DNA of 64,000 nt from Calditrichales bacterium. Lineage in GTDB: Bacteria; Calditrichota; Calditrichia; Calditrichales; J004. Shown one piece after another: positions 8,136-17,141 of this stretch. The stretch is taken from assembly GCA_965267575.1 (NCBI GenBank), contig OZ254086.1, forward strand, positions 2,688,001 to 2,752,000, written 5' to 3'. Every line of letters begins with the position of its first letter. Position 1 is the stretch's first letter. The notes under the pieces are model-generated. The model did not search any database and was not told the origin of the DNA. It saw only the letters and a program-made list of their open reading frames with translations. Made by a program: the position numbers and the translations under genes.

Positions 8136-9032
8136 TCTGGCATTTTTATTTTTTGTTTTAAATATTCTACAAACCATTTATCGTAATCATTTTCCTTCAT
8201 ATTTCTAATAATCTGTTCCCAACTTAGTTTTACAAAGCTGCCACTATCTGAATGTAATGAATTTTCAAATTGCTTTAATCTTGTCATGTTTTTGTCAGTG
8301 AACAATCTTTGCATTCCTAAATTGATAAGTTGAAATTTTGCCCCGTTACTTAATTTTGCTATAAAAGCCCAATTTCTAAAAAGTTCATAATGTCCACTTT
8401 CTGTCAATTCTTGGTAATCAATATCAGGAACTAAATATTTATCAAACTTTTTACTATCCGTTTTTACATCGTTTGAACTTAGATATTTAACTTCAATAAA
8501 AATAAGTTTATCTCTCAACTTAATAATTACATCAGGCTCTGTCCTCTTGTTTGAATCCTCATTGAACGAATCAGATATTTGAATAATCTGTCTTAATAAA
8601 TCAGAGTCGATATTCTGAGAGCAAATATTTGTACCCCATAAATTAAGATCGTATTTCGATTCTTCGCTATCAATATTTAATAACTTAAGTAAATCTTGGT
8701 ATCGTTTTTTAACGACAAAATATTTGAAAAAGCTCCATGTCAAAGCATCTTCTGATGTAGAAAACGCGAACTTGCTTTTTTTATTTGTCCGATTTATCAG
8801 ATTAAGCGAATTATTCAAAACAAAATCCAAATCGTGTCGAAGCAATTCTGGAACATTGTCAATATAATTTTTATAAATCATCGTAGGATTATTTTTCCCA
8901 TTTGAAAATCCTACCATGCAGTTTTCACAACGTCTTAAACAATCATTAAATGAATTGGATGGTTTAACTATTTCATCACGTGGAATCAATAATTCTCCAC
9001 AAATCGGACATTTTTAGTTTATCTAAACTCAT
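8117..9032 (-). pseudogene. Zn-ribbon + PD-(D/E)XK nuclease-like cassette gene with a +1 frameshift near the 5' end
   Basis: ATG 9032 MSLDKLK, an extra A in an A5 run, then CPICGELLIPR..CLRRCENC; SEDALTW and TEPDVII...IFIEVK motifs. Confidence 0.65.
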
Positions 9033-9066
9033 ATCGTTGATGCTGTGGTTTTTTTTTGTCGCTTGC

Positions 9067-9196
9067 CGCTAACGTTTTACGGTATGGCAAGTAAGGGATT
9101 GCGGGCTACGTTCCTGTCCACCATTACCGAAGTTGATGCGGGAGACAAAGCTTTGCATACCACTGAAACCCTTATTTGCTATACCGTGTGTTACCA
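9067..9196 (-). mobile_element. attC site
   Basis: R'' TGGTAAC ... R' GTTAGCG, with a ~20-bp near-perfect internal stem (CGGTATRGCAARTAAGGG). Confidence 0.75.
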
Positions 9197-9204
9197 TGCG
9201 TTAT

Positions 9205-9561
9205 TTATTCTTTTTCGTTATTATATCTATCAAAATCAGCGGAGTAGAAATTTCCATGAGTTGCCAAACTATCTTTAGGCAAATCATAATTTATTAAACC
9301 CCAATCGTCCGATGTAATTACAATCTGAAATCGTTCATTCTCAAATTGTCCAATTGCTGAAATTCCACGTTCGGATGAGTTTCTGACTGTCAATCCTTTT
9401 GGTAATGTAAATAAAGTTGAATCACCCATGAAATACCCAACGGTTATATCTTTTTCTAATCGACCCAGTTTGTAAGAAGGTTTATTAAAACTGCTTAATC
9501 CCCACCCAATCAAGAACAAAATATTTAATACTATTGAAATCCTAAAAATCCATTTTTTCAT
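9205..9561 (-). CDS. Hypothetical membrane-anchored protein (cassette gene)
   Basis: N-terminal TM helix, AT-rich, starts 2 bp after the YiiX-like stop. Confidence 0.75.
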   Translation of the reverse strand: MKKWIFRISIVLNILFLIGWGLSSFNKPSYKLGRLEKDITVGYFMGDSTLFTLPKGLTVRNSSERGISAIGQFENERFQIVITSDDWGLINYDLPKDSLATHGNFYSADFDRYNNEKE

Positions 9562-9563
9562 AA

Positions 9564-10181
9564 TCAGTTCTCAAAGATTGTAATCAATTGGTCTGAATTG
9601 AACATAGAAGCAGGAGATACTACTAATTCCTCTTTGGGAATATTGTCTCCGTATCTTTCCATTAGTTTTTGTTTAACTGCATTATCAGACAGGTTGAAAT
9701 CACCCAATTTTTCAAGTTCTCCAATTTCAAGTCCGATAGCCTCTTTGTATATTTTCCAGACTAATTCAGAACAGTAAATTCTTGAATCAGACCACTCAAA
9801 ATACAAATCATAGTCTTTACCAGCGTACTTTTCTCCAATCTGTTTCATTTTTACTAAAGACTCAGGAGTCAATAAATTCTCGTAGTTTTTAATCCGTTTA
9901 ACAACGTAATGTCCGTTTTCTCCTCTATTAATCCAGTCATTTAAAGGTGTCAGTTTTACAGGCTGAACAGCTTCGTAAACGAAATAATCGTCTCCTTGCT
10001 TATAAATAATCCCCATATGGCTGTATTTTGAGCCAGTCGCAATCTGAATCGCTTTACTCTGTCCAGATTTTGAAGTCTGGAAAATAATATCCCCGTTTTG
10101 AAATCCTGAAAATCCAGTTTTAGATTGACAAGAAATCAGAAAAATCAGTCCGATTGTTATGTATTGCAGTGTCTTTTTCAT
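9564..10181 (-). CDS. YiiX/YebB-like permuted NlpC/P60 cysteine hydrolase, probable lipoprotein
   Basis: GDIIFQTS...YSHMGII...YEAV and YD..F.WSD.RIYCSELVWKIY; lipobox-like LISC. Confidence 0.88.
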   Translation of the reverse strand: MKKTLQYITIGLIFLISCQSKTGFSGFQNGDIIFQTSKSGQSKAIQIATGSKYSHMGIIYKQGDDYFVYEAVQPVKLTPLNDWINRGENGHYVVKRIKNYENLLTPESLVKMKQIGEKYAGKDYDLYFEWSDSRIYCSELVWKIYKEAIGLEIGELEKLGDFNLSDNAVKQKLMERYGDNIPKEELVVSPASMFNSDQLITIFEN

Positions 10182-10187
10182 AATGCA

Positions 10188-10237
10188 TGGTAACATCCTG
10201 CTACATGCATTGCGTATAGCGGGCCTATGGGTTAGTG
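10188..10237 (-). mobile_element. Short or truncated attC-like site at the head of the array
   Basis: CACTAAC, a 12-bp imperfect stem, then GTTACCA, which complements R'' of the 9067-9196 site. Confidence 0.5.
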
Positions 10238-10332
10238 TTTATTTCGCTATAACCGAAAATATCCGGGCCAGGCGAATTCTTTAACTTTATCATGTTCCGG
10301 GAACACACCAACAAAAATACTATGATGAAATA

Positions 10333-10360
10333 AAAAAGTACAACATTTATTATGTTAAAT
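10333..10360 (+). other. dif-like XerC/D site candidate
   Basis: AAAAAGTACAA-CATTTA-TTATGTTAAAT: perfect XerD arm, divergent XerC arm. Confidence 0.4.
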
Positions 10361-10438
10361 AAATCGCGTTCAGTTTGTGCGCACATTTCCCGCCGCTTCA
10401 GCATGGCATTTAATTTCCCGGCTTAATAGATTCCCTGC

Positions 10439-12292
10439 ATGGCAGATCAAAAAAACAAAGCGACCGAAAAACTATCCCTATCCGTGGATGTGAGCGACGA
10501 GCAGCGCCGCCGTGTGCTCCAATGGCTGCAAAAAGAAGCGCCGCAACTATTTCGCGACGGGCGTTTGGACGGGGCGCGGCTGGAAGCCTGGCTGCACGCT
10601 GAAACGCAGGAACCCGCCGACGAGCGTTACGGCCTCTCCTGGAGCGGCAAAACCACGGCCCTAGCCGAAGCCCGCCGCACGACCCGCTTGTCGTTGCATC
10701 CCGATTTTGAGGCATCCCGCCATTTTGATGAGGCCCGCCATCTGCTGATCGAAGGCGAGAACCTCGATGTGCTGCGCCTGCTGCTGCGGCCCTTTCACAA
10801 TGCCATTAAGCTGATCTATATCGATCCGCCCTATAACACCGGCAACGATTTTATCTACCGCGACCGATTTGCCCGCGGCGGCAGCGACGAAGAACAGGCC
10901 GCCGGCTACCGCGATGTCGAAGGCGCCTTGCGGCATGACGATCTCTACCGCAAGAACGCCCGTGAAGGCGGCCGCTTCCACTCCACCTGGCTAAACATGA
11001 TCTACCCGCGGCTGAGCCTGGCCCGCGCGTTGCTGGCCGATGACGGCGCCATCTTCGTCTCCATTGATGACAACGAGCAGGCCAACCTGCGTCTCGTTCT
11101 GGACGAGCTCTACGGCGAGGATAATTTTGTCTGCGATATCATCTGGAAAAAGCGCGGCGGACCGCCCAACGACAAAACCATCGCCTCCATCCACGAGCAT
11201 GTGCTGGTCTATGCCCGCGACATCGAGCGCTTCCGCGCCAACCTGCTGCCGCGTGACAAGCAGGCCGAGAAAAAATTCAAGAACCCCGACAATGATCCCC
11301 GCGGGCGCTGGTACCCGGAAACCTTCACGGTCAACGCCCGGGGCGGACGCTTTACGCCCAGCTGCTGGTACGCCATCAAAAACCCGGTAAGTGGCGAAGA
11401 GCAGTTCCCGCCGGAGGGACGCTGCTGGCGCTGCAATGAAAAAGATTTTCACGAACTGCTGGAGCAAGGGCGCGTGGTGTTTTCTTCCACAGGGATGCCG
11501 CAGTACAAAAAATACCTGGACGAGGTGCGCGACGGCTTCACCGTGCCCTCCATCTGGGATGACGTGGGCTACACCTCGCACGGTTCGCGTGATTTTAAGG
11601 AGCTGTTTGGCCGCGTGCTGTTCGACAATCCCAAACCGCTGGGACTGCTGCAGCGTATCGTGCAAATTGCCACGGATAAAAACAGTTTTGTGCTCGATTT
11701 CTTTGCCGGCAGCGGCGGCACCCTGCAGGCTGTGCTGAAGCAGAATGTGAAAGACGGTGGCGCGCGGCGCTTTATCGGCGTGCAGCTGGGCGAGCAGGTA
11801 TCGCAAGACAGCGATGCCTCCAAACAAGGCTACAAAACCATCTTTGATCTGACCCGGGCGCGGCTGCTGAAGTGGCTGGAAAAGCATGACAGCAGCGAGG
11901 GCGTCCGTGTTTTTAGGCTGGCCAAATCGTGCTTTAAACAGTGGCGCGGCGATCTCTCCGGGGAAGCACTAGAAAAACAGCTGCAGGAGCACAGTGACCC
12001 GCTGCTGGCCGGCAGCGATCCGCAAACGGTGGCCTGGGAGCTGGCCCTGCGCATGGGCTATTCGCCGTTGTCATCGTGGGAAAAGAGGAGTCTGGAGGGC
12101 CATATGGTTTTCGTAGTGCAGCACGACGCCTGGTATTTTTCAGACACTTTTTCGCAGCAGGCCCTCGACTCGGCTTTAAAGCAATCGCCCAAACGCGTTG
12201 TAATTTTAGACCGCCTGTTTAAAGACGACGCCGAAAAGACGCAGGCCGTTTTGAGCCTGCAACAATCCGACACCGAATACACGATCGTTTGA
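10439..12292 (+). CDS. mod: Type III R-M methyltransferase (Mod)
   Basis: ERYGLSWSGK, IYIDPPYNTG, FDNPKP, VLDFFAGSG (beta-class amino-MTase). Confidence 0.93.
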   Translation: MADQKNKATEKLSLSVDVSDEQRRRVLQWLQKEAPQLFRDGRLDGARLEAWLHAETQEPADERYGLSWSGKTTALAEARRTTRLSLHPDFEASRHFDEARHLLIEGENLDVLRLLLRPFHNAIKLIYIDPPYNTGNDFIYRDRFARGGSDEEQAAGYRDVEGALRHDDLYRKNAREGGRFHSTWLNMIYPRLSLARALLADDGAIFVSIDDNEQANLRLVLDELYGEDNFVCDIIWKKRGGPPNDKTIASIHEHVLVYARDIERFRANLLPRDKQAEKKFKNPDNDPRGRWYPETFTVNARGGRFTPSCWYAIKNPVSGEEQFPPEGRCWRCNEKDFHELLEQGRVVFSSTGMPQYKKYLDEVRDGFTVPSIWDDVGYTSHGSRDFKELFGRVLFDNPKPLGLLQRIVQIATDKNSFVLDFFAGSGGTLQAVLKQNVKDGGARRFIGVQLGEQVSQDSDASKQGYKTIFDLTRARLLKWLEKHDSSEGVRVFRLAKSCFKQWRGDLSGEALEKQLQEHSDPLLAGSDPQTVAWELALRMGYSPLSSWEKRSLEGHMVFVVQHDAWYFSDTFSQQALDSALKQSPKRVVILDRLFKDDAEKTQAVLSLQQSDTEYTIV

Positions 12293-12293
12293 T

Positions 12294-12965
12294 ATGGCCG
12301 ATTTCCGAAGTGAACTGACCCGTTACCTGGAAGAGCGCGCGCTGCAATCGCTGGACGCCATGTGCCGGAAATTGTCACCGCCGCTCAAAGCCGAAGCGCA
12401 CAACCTGGAAGAGATCAACGCTGTCGATTTTCGCGTGTCCGGGCCCGGCAAATATTGGCTGATCGATTTCCAGTACAGCGGCGATTTTGCCCGCTATGGC
12501 GATATCCGCATCGATGTGTTGTCGGCCTGGCAGCACAAGGGCCTCGTTGCGTTGGAGCGCCGGGCGTTGCAGGAAGAGATGAAGCGTGATGTGCCGCGTT
12601 CGGCGGAGACCTTTGCCGGCTATCTCGCGCTGTTTATGGAGGTCGTCAAATGGGGCAAAATCTACCAGCCCGATGGCCCGCAGGCGCTACTCTACTTCGT
12701 CTACAACCACGCCATAAAAACCGTGCCCGATGTGCAAGGCCGCGAACCGGACAAGGCTTTTTTCCTGCGTTGCCGCGACCTGCGCGATTTCATCGATCGG
12801 CGCTGGCGGGCGCTGATCAGCGAGGGCCGGCTCAAACTTAATGACAAAAGCGCCCTGGGCGACGACCACGGTTCGGCTTTTTTTGCCATCCCTTTTGTGG
12901 ACCTGCAGCGCGCCAACCTGGTGCGCCCGCTGAAGTCGGCGGTGTTTGAAGGCGGCGACCGATGA
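12294..12965 (+). CDS. Hypothetical protein, probable PD-(D/E)XK restriction-endonuclease-like fold
   Basis: EE.A helix, AVDF...WLIDFQ, IRIDVLS, GK, LLYFVY, SAFFAIP; 1 bp after mod and ATGA overlap with res. Confidence 0.6.
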   Translation: MADFRSELTRYLEERALQSLDAMCRKLSPPLKAEAHNLEEINAVDFRVSGPGKYWLIDFQYSGDFARYGDIRIDVLSAWQHKGLVALERRALQEEMKRDVPRSAETFAGYLALFMEVVKWGKIYQPDGPQALLYFVYNHAIKTVPDVQGREPDKAFFLRCRDLRDFIDRRWRALISEGRLKLNDKSALGDDHGSAFFAIPFVDLQRANLVRPLKSAVFEGGDR

Positions 12966-15541
12966 AGCTGCAGTTTGACAGTCAGCAACATTACCAGCTA
13001 CAGGCCATCAGCGCCGTGTGCGATTGCTTTGAGGGCGTTTGCAGCACCGCGGGTGTAAACGGCGAAACGGTGGCCAACCCGCAGATTTCAGATCGCGGGC
13101 GTTTGCTGGAAAACCTGCGCGCCGTGCAAAATCGCACCCTGCCGGAAACAACGCCGGACCGCCTTCTCCATCCGCTGCAATTTGATGATGCCGGCCAAAG
13201 CCACAGCCTGGATATCCCCAACATCACCGTGGAGATGGAAACGGGCACCGGCAAAACCTACACCTACCTGCGCACCATCTACGAGCTGCAGCGGCGTTAC
13301 GGCTTCAAAAAATTTGTCATCGTTGTGCCGGGTGTGGCCATCCGCGAAGGTGTGCTTAAAAACCTGGAGCTGACCCGCGACCACCTGCAGGAACTGTACA
13401 ACCACCCGCCGCAGCATTACAGCGTTTACGATTCATCCCGGCTGGCCGCGCTGCGCCGCTTTGCCTCTTCGGCGCAACTGGAAATTTTGCTGATCAACAT
13501 CGACAGCTTTACCCGCGACATCAACATTATCAACCAGCAGCACGAAAGCGGCAGCCGCCCGCTGGATTTTGTGCGCGCCACGCACCCGCTGGTGATTTTG
13601 GATGAGCCGCAAAACATGGAAACCGACCTGCGCAAAAAAGCCATCGCCAATCTCAACCCGCTGGCATTGCTGCGCTACTCGGCCACGCACCGCGATACCT
13701 ACAACCTGGTTTACCGGTTGGACCCGCTGCAGGCCTACGACCTGGGGTTGGTGAAGCAGATCGAGGTGCTGGGCATTACCGCCGCCGACAACCGCGACAG
13801 CGCCTACATCCGTTTTGAAGGCATCCGCGCCGGTAAGAAAAGCCTGAAGGCGCGGCTGAAAATCGCTTGTCTTGAAGATGGTGACTATAAGCTGAAATCG
13901 ATGAATATCGCCGTGGGTGATGACCTGCTGGCGCTTTCCGGCGGGCGTGACGCTTACCGCGACGGTTTTGTAGTTGAAAAAATAGACGCGGCCAATAACA
14001 GGCTGCGTTTTGCCAATGGCACAGACCTCCGTGCGGGAGAAACCCACGGCGGCAACGACGAACGGCTGTGGCGCTTCCAGATTGAACAGGCGCTGAAGGA
14101 GCATTTTGAAAAAGAAGCGCAGCTTGCCGATCGCGGTATTAAGGTATTAAGCCTCTTTTTTATCGATCGCGTCAGCAGCTACCGCCAATACGATCATCAA
14201 AACCGGCCGCAAAAAGGACGCTTTGCTCAGTGGTTTGAAGAGGCCTTCGAACGCCTGAAACCTCCGGGCTATCCCTTCCGCGTGGATTACGTGCATGACG
14301 GCTATTTTTCGCAGGACCGCAAAGGGCATATCAAGGACACCAGCGGCGAGAGCAAAGCCGATGACGCCACCTACGCGCTGATCATGCGCGACAAAGAAAG
14401 GCTGCTGGACCCGGCCGAACCGCTGCGCTTTATTTTTAGTCACAGCGCGTTGCGCGAGGGCTGGGACAACCCCAACGTCTTCCAGATCTGCACGCTCAAC
14501 GAGACGCAATCGGAGATGAAGAAGCGCCAGGAGATTGGTCGCGGTTTGCGCCTGCCGGTGAACACGCAGGGGCAGCGCGTATGGGACCGCGAAAGCAATG
14601 TGCTCACCGTGATCGCCAATGAGAGTTACCGCGATTTTGCCGCACGCCTGCAAAGCGAAGTGCGTCGCGAGAGCGGCGTGGATATGGGCCTGCGCATCCG
14701 CAACGCCCGTGAAAAAAGCGAGGTAAAACTGACGCGACCGTTGACGCCAAAAGCCAATCCGCGTTTTTTTGAGCTGTGGGAGCGTATCAATAAAAAAGCC
14801 GTTTACACAGTGCATGTGGATGATGTCCTGCTAAAAGAAGAGGTTTTGAAGGAGATAAAGGCGATGCCCGCGGTGCAGACGCAGGCTGCCATCACATCGG
14901 AACGGTTCCGCGTTCTGGCCGGCGGAAAACGTTTTGAGGCAGGCCGCAGCGAGAAGCACGATGTGCAGCAGGGCCAATTTGTTGCTGTGCCTGATATTTT
15001 GCGGGAACTCAGCGCAGACAGCGCCATAACCCGCGCCACAATCAGCGACGTTTTACGGCAAAGTAACCGGCTGGACGAATTTGAGACAAACCCGCGGCAA
15101 TTCCTGGCGCAGATAAAAGGCGCCCTGCAGCGTGCCTGGCGCCGGGCCGTCCGCGATAATATTGTTTACCAGCTCAGCGAAGATCCTGTTTGCTCTTTCG
15201 GCGTTTTTGAAAGCGGCCCGCGCAAAATTTATGATGACAAGCTTATTGTCCCGCGAAACGGTGAAAAGTTTCTGTATAGCGCCATCGAAGTTAAGAGCAC
15301 GCGGGAACGCGCCTTGCTCAGGCAGTGGGATGAAGATGTGGAGGTCTCATTCTGCCTGCGCCTGCCGCAGCAATACACGCAGGCCACTCCTTTTGGCGCC
15401 TGGAGGCCGGAATGGGCCTTGATAAGCGCCGGCGGCAAAATCACCTTTATGTGCGCGGAAGCCGGATCCCCCGACGTGCTGGAGTGCGCAAAGAAGTGCC
15501 TTAAAACAATCGATGAAGATATCCGCGTAAAAGAAAACTAA
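12962..15541 (+). CDS. res: Type III R-M Res subunit (SF2 ATPase intact, nuclease motif degenerate)
   Basis: METGTGKT, ILDEPQ, RYSATH, SALREGWDNPNVFQIC, QEIGRGLRL; C-terminus TPFGAWRPEWAL..FMCAEAG. Confidence 0.9.
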   Translation: MKLQFDSQQHYQLQAISAVCDCFEGVCSTAGVNGETVANPQISDRGRLLENLRAVQNRTLPETTPDRLLHPLQFDDAGQSHSLDIPNITVEMETGTGKTYTYLRTIYELQRRYGFKKFVIVVPGVAIREGVLKNLELTRDHLQELYNHPPQHYSVYDSSRLAALRRFASSAQLEILLINIDSFTRDINIINQQHESGSRPLDFVRATHPLVILDEPQNMETDLRKKAIANLNPLALLRYSATHRDTYNLVYRLDPLQAYDLGLVKQIEVLGITAADNRDSAYIRFEGIRAGKKSLKARLKIACLEDGDYKLKSMNIAVGDDLLALSGGRDAYRDGFVVEKIDAANNRLRFANGTDLRAGETHGGNDERLWRFQIEQALKEHFEKEAQLADRGIKVLSLFFIDRVSSYRQYDHQNRPQKGRFAQWFEEAFERLKPPGYPFRVDYVHDGYFSQDRKGHIKDTSGESKADDATYALIMRDKERLLDPAEPLRFIFSHSALREGWDNPNVFQICTLNETQSEMKKRQEIGRGLRLPVNTQGQRVWDRESNVLTVIANESYRDFAARLQSEVRRESGVDMGLRIRNAREKSEVKLTRPLTPKANPRFFELWERINKKAVYTVHVDDVLLKEEVLKEIKAMPAVQTQAAITSERFRVLAGGKRFEAGRSEKHDVQQGQFVAVPDILRELSADSAITRATISDVLRQSNRLDEFETNPRQFLAQIKGALQRAWRRAVRDNIVYQLSEDPVCSFGVFESGPRKIYDDKLIVPRNGEKFLYSAIEVKSTRERALLRQWDEDVEVSFCLRLPQQYTQATPFGAWRPEWALISAGGKITFMCAEAGSPDVLECAKKCLKTIDEDIRVKEN

Positions 15542-15724
15542 AGCCCCGTTTCCGGTTGGCTCAAAGCCATAGTTCAATTCTGTCTCAGGGCAAGATTGCA
15601 ATCAGGGTCATAACGATTCTCTTCCGCCCAAAACCGGCAATTTTTTCCCTGCTCAGTTTTTATCCCATGCACTGCTAAAACTACACTTTGCAGGTCAAAT
15701 TCCGAACTCTCCTATTGTACACGG

Positions 15725-15976
15725 ATGTACAATGGACAGACCAGAATGAAAAAAGATTCCCAATTTCCTGCCACGCCGTCAGTGGAAGACTACAAGCGCC
15801 TGGTTGAGCGCTTAAGGGTGCGGTTAAATGTATTGAATGCTTCGGTCTTTCTGCTGGAAGAGAAACTTTCATACATTGACCCTCATACAATCGACTATGT
15901 TGAACGCGTAAATGAACAACTGGAGCTACTGCGTTCCCTGATTTTGGAAGAACCTGGGTCCGCGGGCCCGAATTGA
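15725..15976 (+). CDS. Small stand-alone DHp (HisKA)-like protein lacking the phosphoacceptor His
   Basis: Aligns without gaps to the DHp of the next gene; start may be ATG 15746. Confidence 0.65.
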   Translation: MYNGQTRMKKDSQFPATPSVEDYKRLVERLRVRLNVLNASVFLLEEKLSYIDPHTIDYVERVNEQLELLRSLILEEPGSAGPN

Positions 15977-15983
15977 GTGTAAT

Positions 15984-17141
15984 ATGGATGCACGTGATAT
16001 CAAACTGCTGGTAATTGAAGATGAACCCTATGTCCGCGACAGCTACGTGGATATGCTCGATATTTTGGGGTTTAAATGTGATGTTGCCGATAACGGTCGC
16101 GAAGGTCTGGCTAAAATTGCCAAGACCGATTACCATATTGTGTTAACCGACCTCAATATGCCGGTAATGGACGGTCTGGAAACGCTTAAGCGCATCAAGA
16201 AGAAGACCCCGCACGTGCAGGTTATTGTCATTACCGGTTTTGCCACCATCGAAAATGCCATAAAAGCGATGAAGCAGGGCGCTTTCGATTACATTACCAA
16301 GCCGATCAGCTTTGAGCATGTTAAAATTATTCTGGATCGCTGCGTACAGCATATTATTGCCACGCAGGAGAATAAAGAGCTTAAAGACCACAACCAGGAA
16401 TTGTTGGAGCTGAATGATCTGAAGAGCAAGTTTATCACTATTACCAACCACGAACTACGCACACCACTGGCCGTCATCAAGGGTTATGTGGAACTGCTGG
16501 AAATGGCCGTTCCGGAAAAGAACGAAGAAACCCGGGAATACTTCGAGGTGGTTAACAACACCTTGCATGACCTGGTGGAGATGGTTGAACGCATGCATGA
16601 TCTAAGCCACGTTGATTCCGCCCTGCAGAAGTTTTCCACCACGACGTTTAACCTTAATCTCGAAGCCCTGAGCGTGGCCAACGAGATGAAGCTGCTTTTC
16701 CGCCGTCGCAGTGTTGGACTCAATATCAGCGCCAACACAAAAGAGATTTTTGTGGAAGCCGATAAAAACGCCCTACGCCGCGCCATCCGCGAATTGCTGC
16801 AAAACGCGCTGAAGTTCACCGATAAAGATGGCCAGGTATCGCTGGAAATTAAAAAAGAAACCTCCGATAACCGCGTGTATCTCTCCGTAAAAGACAACGG
16901 AATCGGCATCCCGCCGGACAAGCTCGATATGATCTTTGAACCGTTCTACGAGGTGCAGGACGTAATGCACCACTCCACATCTCAAACGGAGTTCATGGGT
17001 GGTGGAATCGGGGTAGGTCTGTCGATTGTTAAAGAGATCGTGGAAGCCAACAAGGGCGAGGTGGCGGTGAGCAGCAAACCCGGCAAAGGCAGCACATTCA
17101 CGATCATTATGCCGGCCGCGGAAGTTATGCAATCCGTCTAA
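15984..17141 (+). CDS. Hybrid response regulator-histidine kinase (REC-HisKA-HATPase)
   Basis: IEDE...DLNMP; NHELRTPL; NALKF, DNGIG, GIGVGLS. Confidence 0.93.
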   Translation: MDARDIKLLVIEDEPYVRDSYVDMLDILGFKCDVADNGREGLAKIAKTDYHIVLTDLNMPVMDGLETLKRIKKKTPHVQVIVITGFATIENAIKAMKQGAFDYITKPISFEHVKIILDRCVQHIIATQENKELKDHNQELLELNDLKSKFITITNHELRTPLAVIKGYVELLEMAVPEKNEETREYFEVVNNTLHDLVEMVERMHDLSHVDSALQKFSTTTFNLNLEALSVANEMKLLFRRRSVGLNISANTKEIFVEADKNALRRAIRELLQNALKFTDKDGQVSLEIKKETSDNRVYLSVKDNGIGIPPDKLDMIFEPFYEVQDVMHHSTSQTEFMGGGIGVGLSIVKEIVEANKGEVAVSSKPGKGSTFTIIMPAAEVMQSV

